This document shows positions 57,901-64,000 of a DNA stretch of 64,000 bases, one piece after another. The position numbers and the translations under genes were made by a program. Position 1 is the stretch's first letter. Each line of letters begins with the position of its first letter. Source of the DNA: Macrostomum lignano (taxonomy: Eukaryota). The stretch is taken from NCBI GenBank assembly GCA_002269645.1, contig NIVC01001027.1, positions 8,352 to 72,351 of the forward strand. The letters are read 5' to 3'. The notes below the pieces were generated by a model, which was not told the origin of the DNA, made no database searches, and saw only the letters and a list, made by a program, of their open reading frames with translations.

Positions 57901-60624
57901 TCTGATTTTCTAAGAATCTGTTCCACCTGAGTATTTTGATTTTCTAAGAATCTGTTCCACTCCACCTGAGTATTTTGATTTTCTAAGAATCTGTTCCACT
58001 CCACCTGAGTATTTTGATTTTCTAAGAATCTGTTCCACTCCACCTGAGTATTTTGATTTTCTAAGAATCTGTTCCACTCCACCTGAGTATTTTGATTTTC
58101 TAAGAATCTGTTCCACCTGAGTATTCTGATTGTCTAAGAATCTGTTCCACCTGAGTATTCTGATTTTCTAAGAATCTTTGTAAGACTTACTCAGTGCATT
58201 CGTTTAGCGCAGTGAGCAGTTTATTAATCAACTGGCCACTCCAGCAGAGCATATCAGCAGCCGTGTCTGTCTGGGCAGAGTCGGAAATCTCAGTGATTGC
58301 GGCCACAGCGTTAGCTACCACCATGGGATTGCTGTCGGCCAGGAGCTCCTTCAGAGCGTCTAGGAAGCCCTGCACGGTGCGGTGGATTGCGTTAATCCTA
58401 CGGATTGTCTATGTAGATTACTGTGAGCATTTATACCAACTAGCCTAATGCCATATATATCACGTCTATGCACAATACCCCATAGATTATACAATCTCAC
58501 AGACACAATATCCCATAGACTATAGAAGCTCACAGACACAATATCCCATAGACTATACAAGCTCACAGACACAATATCCCATAGACTATACAAGCTCACA
58601 GACAATATCCCATAGACTTTACAAGCTCACAGACACAATATCCCATAGACTATACAAGCTCACAGACAATATCCCATAGACTACAGAAGCTCATGCAGAC
58701 AATATCCCATAGACCATACAAGCTCTCAAACACAATATCCCATAGACTATACAAGCTCACACACAATATCCCATAGACTTTACAAGCTCACAGACACAAT
58801 ATCCCATAGACTATACAAGCTCACAGACACAATATCCCATAGACTTTACAAGCTCACAGACACAATATCCCATAGACTTTACAAGCTCACAGACACAATA
58901 TCCCATAGACTTTACAAGCTCACAGACACAATATCCCATAGACTTTACAAGCTCACAGACACAATATCCCATAGACTTTACAAGCTCACAGACACAATAT
59001 CCCATAGACTTTACAAGCTCACAGACACAATATCCCATAGACTTTACAAGCTCACAGACACAATATCCCATAGACTTTACAAGCTCACAGACACAATATC
59101 CCATAGACTATACAAGCTCACAGACAATATCCCATAGACTACAGAAGCTCACAGACAATATCCCATAGACTATACAAGCTCACAAACACAATATCCCATA
59201 GACTATACAAGCTCACACACAATATCCCATAGACTTTACAAGCTCACAGACACAATATTCCATAGACTATACAAGCTCACAGACACAATATCCCATAGAC
59301 TTTACAAGCTCACAGACAAAATATCCCATAGACTTTACAAGCTCACACACAATATCCCATACTTTACAAGCTCACAGACAATATCTCATAGACTATGCAA
59401 GGGTATTACAACACCCCAACAGACCTGCTCCTCAACCAGCAGCGGATCAATATCGTGCAGCTTAGCAACGCACACAGCCGCAGTCTTGCGCACGTACGGG
59501 TCCTCATCTTTCAAGCATTTGCGCAACGGGTCGCACAGGTAGGCGGTGATTTCGTCAACCCGAATGCAGCCGATGGTGCGAACGGCCAGAGCCCGGATTA
59601 ACGGATTAGGATCTTCGCAGTCGCGCACAAAAGTGTTCACGGCCATGATAGCTTTATCCGGCTGGGTCTTGGCGTAGTTCATCAGGTACAGATACACCAG
59701 CTTCTTCAGCTCCAGATTGTCAGCCTGCATGCAGTTGACCACGTCAGGGAACAGAGTGCTGACATCTTTGCCAACAGTCATGCTGGCGATCACCTTCTTC
59801 ACCGCCTCCTTGCGTTTGTCCTTTCGTTCGCTGTTTAGTTCGGCTTTTAGTTCGAATATTTCGCCTGCGTGAAACAGTGGGCAGGTTGGTTGGTGAGACA
59901 TGGCTATCAGTGTCTGCACATTGCGGCAGATTGTAGGGTTATTTGATAGCAGATAATGGCACATTGGTTGGTGAGAGGCTATCAGTGTCTGCACATTGCG
60001 GCAGATTGAAGGGTATTTGATAGCAGATAATGGCACATTGGTTGGTGAGAGGCTATCAGTGTCTGCACATTGCGGCAGATTGTAGGGTTATTTGATAGCA
60101 GATAATTGTAAATTGTAGGGTGTTTGATAGCAGATAATTGTAAATTGTAGGGTTTTTGATAGCAGATAATTGTAAATTGTAGGGTGTTTGATAGTAGATA
60201 ATGGAAAATTGTAGGGTATTTGATAGTAGATAATGGAAAATTGTAGGGTGTTTGATAGTAGATAATGGAAAATTGTAGGGTGTTTGATAGTAGATAATGG
60301 AAAATTGTAGGGTATTTGATAGTAGATAATGGAAAATTGTAGGGTGTTTGATAGCAGCTACAGGCAGACAGAGGATTCAGAAAATAAGTTTTGTCTTAGC
60401 AGTATTAGCAATAATAAAAAAATAAACAATACAAACCCTTTCTCGTTGTAGTAAAATACTTTGAATCAGTCGTTTTGGCCTGTGTTGTTACTTTTTGAAG
60501 CCATGGCCTGCAAATTAATAAAATATGCTAGCTAGAAAAACAAATACAGGTTTAAATCTCTAAAAAAAAAGGTTTACCTTATATTTCCAAGACTTTCTGA
60601 AACAGAAGCTGCTACACCTTGCAT
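48951..60624 (-). CDS. AP1B1/AP2B1: AP-1/AP-2 complex beta subunit (beta-adaptin), 10 exons, 991 aa
   Basis: Exons 60624-60578, 60507-60437, 59864-59425, 58369-58191, 57673-57605, 55915-55513, 54746-54249, 52527-52099, 50724-50287, 49352-48951 (2976 nt, phases consistent). [24 protein letters not shown]…; [16 protein letters not shown]; VLAEKP; hinge clathrin box LLDID; ear domains ([27 protein letters not shown]). Confidence 0.97.
49440..50180. repeat. 20-bp minisatellite (GATCAGGATGGCGCCAAATC) with 140-bp higher-order unit, adaptin intron 9
   Basis: Variant GGATAGAGCC recurs at 49711 and 49851 (period 140) and at ~50112. Confidence 0.93.
50790..51035. repeat. ~21-bp degenerate repeat (AAAAGTACAAATGTACTAAAC), adaptin intron 8
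   Basis: Diverged tandem units. Confidence 0.8.
51180..51372 (+). repeat. Dispersed ~190-bp repeat; second copy at ~57393-57582
   Basis: TAACTGTATGGGACAT…GGTCAAACAGACCCAGCCACTCTCCCG…GCGGGACAAAGAC is nearly identical in introns 8 and 5. Confidence 0.85.
51530..52010. repeat. Degenerate ~22-bp repeat (GAGATTCTCAGTGAGATTATAG), adaptin intron 8
   Basis: Old, diverged tandem units. Confidence 0.75.
52585..53200. repeat. 23/18-bp minisatellite (TGAGGGGAATGCTAGTGCTTATC), adaptin intron 7
   Basis: Tandem units with and without TTATC. Confidence 0.94.
53250..54060. repeat. 57/61-bp minisatellite, adaptin intron 7
   Basis: GAGAGCCACCTGAAGTGAATACATGAGAGCGACCCGAAGGACCTGAAGGGCATGTTT(GATT). Confidence 0.95.
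54811..55004 (-). mobile_element. CORE-like SINE family 1, 3'-truncated copy
   Basis: GGGGTTGTAGCCTAGTGATTAG (box A), GGTTCGATTCC (box B), GTCCTTGAGCAAGACACTTAACTC…CAGCTGTAAAATGGGT. Confidence 0.9.
55015..55312. repeat. 30-bp minisatellite (ACTATCAGTAGCTAGGTGCGTTGCTATGCA), adaptin intron 6
   Basis: About 10 copies. Confidence 0.94.
55950..57190. repeat. 24-bp minisatellite (CAAAAGTCCCGTTACTGATCTGTA), ~51 copies, adaptin intron 5
   Basis: Tandem array with a periodic CCACGTTTT variant. Confidence 0.97.
57712..58178. repeat. 34/39-bp minisatellite (AAGAATCTGTTCCACCTGAGTATTTTGATTTTCT), adaptin intron 4
   Basis: Tandem units; begins about 12 nt after the donor at 58190. Confidence 0.95.
58470..59395. 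repeat. 33-bp minisatellite (CACAGACACAATATCCCATAGACTTTACAAGCT), adaptin intron 3
   Basis: About 28 copies. Confidence 0.96.
59880..60357. repeat. Composite ~75-bp to 32-bp tandem repeat, adaptin intron 2
   Basis: Three long units (…GCTATCAGTGTCTGCACATTGCGGCAGATTG…) grading into 32-bp TTGTAGGGTGTTTGATAGTAGATAATGGAAAA units. Confidence 0.9.
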
Positions 60625-61518
60625 TTTTGGAGAGCATAAATATAGGTAAAAATATAATAGAATTTATGGAGTAGAAATTGGCTAATGCAGCTTGATTAAT
60701 GCAGAGCAAATAAATGAATAAATAATCAAAATAACAAGTAGTTGAGCAAATTTAAAGTATATATAGCAAAATAAAAATAATCAGAGCAACTTTGCTAGTA
60801 TAAAACTTGGAAGAGTCGTAGGCCTATAAATTGGCTGAGTAATAATATTTATTAATATATTGATTAGGTAGCCTAGTAATACAATGCAAATCAGTTTCAA
60901 TCTTAATTTGTTAATTTTTAAGTGCTTATGAGGCAAAATAATTCAAAATGAAACTTTTATATTTTTATTCTAAAACATTTATGTTTCTCGGATTATAGGC
61001 CTATATATATAATCATATATATATTGCTCAATAATATATATATCTTGTTGATAATTATCAAAAAAAATGATAACAAATATAAATTATATACCAATCAATT
61101 ATGTATTTACTTAAAAACTAATATTATCTTATAGAAAAAAGTACATTTCATTTTATATAACTACACCATTCAATTAGGCTGGTTTTAGATAATTTAATAT
61201 AGTAGGTAATAGGCTTATATAGATTATATAAATAGAAATTTTATTATAAGATATTATTAGTATAGGCCTAGATAAAATTAAAAGCACAAGTATAGTCAAG
61301 CCTGGTTGCAAATACTTAGTTTTAATATTAGGACTTAATTAGATTCAGAAGGTTGATAGTAAGTTTTTTCAGCTTTAATATTATTTATAGCTGATTATTT
61401 ATAAAGTATATTAGGCCTATATATTTATCTATATATACTATTTTAATAACCTATTTAGATATTCAAAGGAACTAGGAATCCTACATCATAAATTACGTTA
61501 GGCTTAGGCCTATAATGC

Positions 61519-61959
61519 CCATAGTCCGGATCATGGCAGGCATATGCTGGAATGAAAATTCATGTTTTTTCAATTTTATGCCGACGTAAAATAAAAAACA
61601 TTTTTATGCCATTTTTTCAAAGCATATATATTTTTAGGAATACAAAACTTTTACTTTACTTTAAAACAACTGTTTTTGCTAAAAAAACTGATATTCTTTG
61701 TTTTAATTTGGATTTTCTTGTAATTTTGTGTTATTATTTTCTATTTTAGTTTCCGATCATTTTTAAAGAGCTTTAGACATTGGTTAATATTTAACTACAC
61801 AATTACATTAGCCTTGAACTTGGCTATTTTTTGTACGTTGACTGTGTACACCTCATGTCGAAACTGAAAATTCTATACGCCAAGTGTATGCCAAGATTGT
61901 CAGCGAGACCAAAAATACGCCGTAAAATTCCGGCATAAAGGCCACTTTCCAGACTATGG
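61519..61959. mobile_element. hAT-like MITE (441 bp)
   Basis: TIR CCATAGTCYGGA; 8-bp TSD TATAATGC (61511-61518, 61960-61967). Confidence 0.8.
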
Positions 61960-62536
61960 TATAATGCTAAAAGGAAAGTTCAATATTATTTTCTAAAATT
62001 TTTTTGACCATATAGGTTTCTTGTATGCTAGAATTTACTAGTATGTATTAGGCCTAACCTTTTATATATCATTGCCACTCTCCCAAAGATGCTGTTTTCT
62101 CTATAAATTTGCAGTATACATAAGGGGTTTTGGCCCAGTGTAAGACCAAGATGGCCACACACCAAGATGGCCACATCTGGGGTGGGGGTCACGGAAAATG
62201 ACAGCTGGTTTACTATTGGATAGCCTGGGGAGATGTGGGGTTGCAATGGGGGTTTAGACAGGCAGTCAAAATTTTATTAGTTTATTGCAGGGCTAAAGAC
62301 AAAAATGGTTACGAGTCTTAATTTCCTACTTATAGTAGGCCCCTAAGAGGTGTAAACATATTTCGTATTAAACAAATCTCTTCTTCATATAAAATCTGGT
62401 GTATAGCTTTTTTCTATTTCTCTTATTGGTCGAGACTAATTTACTTGTTTAAAGGGATAAAAACTGGGTAAATTTCATGCCCTGTTCAAAATTCATGTTT
62501 CATTCACTGACAGCAGTCTAAGCACTTAGATACAAA

Positions 62537-62720
62537 ATGGCAGGCACATATCCATGTGTGGTCTGTCTGCAGCCAGTTTGCAATGGACAAGAAGCAATTG
62601 AGTGTTCTCAATGCTTGAATTGGCAGCACCGTGCATGTGATAGTCACGTCACAATTGATCAGTTTTCTGCAATGAGAATGTTGGTGAGTTTTTCTGGCTT
62701 TGCAATCAATGCAATAGACG
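62537..62720 (+). pseudogene. Isolated PHD-finger exon, frameshifted; probably transposon-derived
   Basis: C4HC3 pattern: CVVC…CSQC…HRAC, then after a 1-nt shift FWLCNQC; followed by candidate donor ACG|GTATGT. Confidence 0.7.
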
Positions 62721-62814
62721 GTATGTGTGACTCAGTGCACTTCTGCCTCCGTAATTCATCATGTTTGAGTATGACTTCAGATTTTAGAACTAGATATAAG
62801 CTGAGCTGAGAGAG

Positions 62815-63020
62815 AAGACGAAAGTAGAGGCTGAGAGTAGAGAGAGGCTAAGAGCAGAGAGGGGCTAAAAGCAGAGAGGGGCTGAGAGTAGAGAGGGGCT
62901 GGGGATAGAGGTTGAGAGTGGATAGAGGCTAAGAGTAGAGAGAGGCTAAGAGTGGAGAGGCTAAGAATAGAGGTTGAGAGTAGATAGAGGCTGAGAGTAG
63001 AGGTTGAGAGTAGAGAGGCT
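62815..63020. repeat. Purine-rich degenerate repeat (AGAGAGGCTGAGAGT)
   Basis: Tandem GA-rich units. Confidence 0.85.
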
Positions 63021-63289
63021 AGTTCACATTGTTCTCAATCCCATTCCACTATACATGTAGTTTTTATCTAATGTGACTAAGCCAGGTGCTTTTAGTGCAG
63101 GGGTTGGCAAACTTTTTACCTCGATTGAGAACCCAGCTCATGGCTGCCTTTCTAGTCCGCTTTGTTGGCCCCCAAAGCAAAGTGAGGAGTCCTGATAACA
63201 GCAGGCCAGAGGTGAGGAGAGAGGGTAAGGAATACAGAAGAGAAATACAAGCATAGGATAAAGGAGAGGCAAAGGAATAAAGGAGAAGA

Positions 63290-63700
63290 GAGTTGATGAG
63301 AGGAGAGATTAAATACGAGCGGAGAGAGAGGAGAGAATAGAGGTGAGGAGAGGAGAGAAGAGAGGGCAGAGATGAGAGAGGAGAGGGCAGAGATGAGAGA
63401 GAGAAAAGATGAGAGGAGAGGGCAGACATGAGAGAAGAGGGCAAACATGAGAGAGAGAGAGAGAGAATAGATGAGAGAGAGAGAGGGCAAGAGATAAGAG
63501 GATAGTGCAGAGATGAGAGAGAAAAGAGAGAAGAGGGCAGACATGAGAGAGAATAGATGAGAGAGGAGAGGGCAAGAGATGAGAGAGGAGAGGGCAGAGA
63601 TGAGAAAGAGAAAAGATTAGAGACGAGAGGCAGAGATGAAAGAGAAAAGATAAGAGACAAGAGTGCAGAGATGAGAGAAAAGATAAGAGACAAGAGGGCA
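63290..63700. repeat. Purine-rich degenerate repeat (GAGAGGGCAGAGATGAGA)
   Basis: GA-rich low complexity; source of the Ser/Leu-rich and Arg/Glu-rich spurious ORFs. Confidence 0.88.
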
Positions 63701-64000
63701 CTCCAATTTTTGCTTATTTCTATTATAATAATACCTTTACCCTCTACCTTTAACTTTTAACATATATAAACAACATGTCACTTTTGGTATATTGAGATAG
63801 CCTAGGTTTGAAACTATTATCCATAGTATGAAAATCAAATGTCTTGTGCTAGTAGTGCTACTGCTTTAGTAGGTAGTAATACCTGCTGTAAAGGGAAATG
63901 TTATTTGTTTTATTAATCTAATTTCACTAACAAAATCTGTCTTTTCCGAGACTTAAAGCTAGGTCATATACTATTCCAATCATAGCCAATAGGAAATAAG

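Noticed and set aside
53173-59104. Long repetitive ORFs (e.g. 281 aa at 53173-54018, 160 aa at 56381-56863)
   Set aside because: They are translations of intronic minisatellites whose unit lengths are multiples of 3 or lack stops; the adaptin exons splice cleanly around them.
63098-63120. hAT-type terminus CAGGGGTTGGCAAACT
   Set aside because: No matching right end or TSD found inside the window, so no element could be defined.
63064-63760. Ser/Leu-rich and Arg/Glu-rich ORFs
   Set aside because: Products of GA-rich low-complexity repeats.

Overview
Eukaryotic (invertebrate animal) genomic DNA. The GC-rich exons and minisatellite-filled introns resemble a repeat-rich flatworm such as Macrostomum, but that assignment is an inference only. 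Three host genes were reconstructed by hand from GT-AG sites with consistent phases: a tandem-C2 synaptotagmin-like gene (+, ~9.2-19.0 kb, 5' end unresolved), an SLC44/CTL choline-transporter-like gene (-, 8 exons, 789 aa, 20973-29347) and the AP-1/AP-2 beta-adaptin gene (-, 10 exons, 991 aa, 48951-60624). There are also unidentified minus-strand coding pieces at 1.7-3.0 kb and 6.6-7.0 kb. Mobile elements: a near-intact FLYWCH-MULE with modular TIRs; a full-length but inactivated Ty3/gypsy element inserted in a minisatellite and itself carrying a SINE; two tRNA-derived SINE families (one CORE-like); a solo LTR; a deleted THAP/P-superfamily element with 116-bp TIRs; a four-level nest of DNA transposons; several MITEs. 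Most striking patterns: (i) nearly every intron >500 nt, and each annotated gene's 3' flank, carries its own private minisatellite; (ii) dense clusters of the palindrome TAGGCCTA, possibly transposon excision footprints; (iii) beta-adaptin has a Thr (ACG) at the canonical start Met and a spliced N-terminal extension. No rRNA, true tRNA gene or CRISPR array was found. All coordinates were counted by hand and may be off by a few bases at repeat edges.
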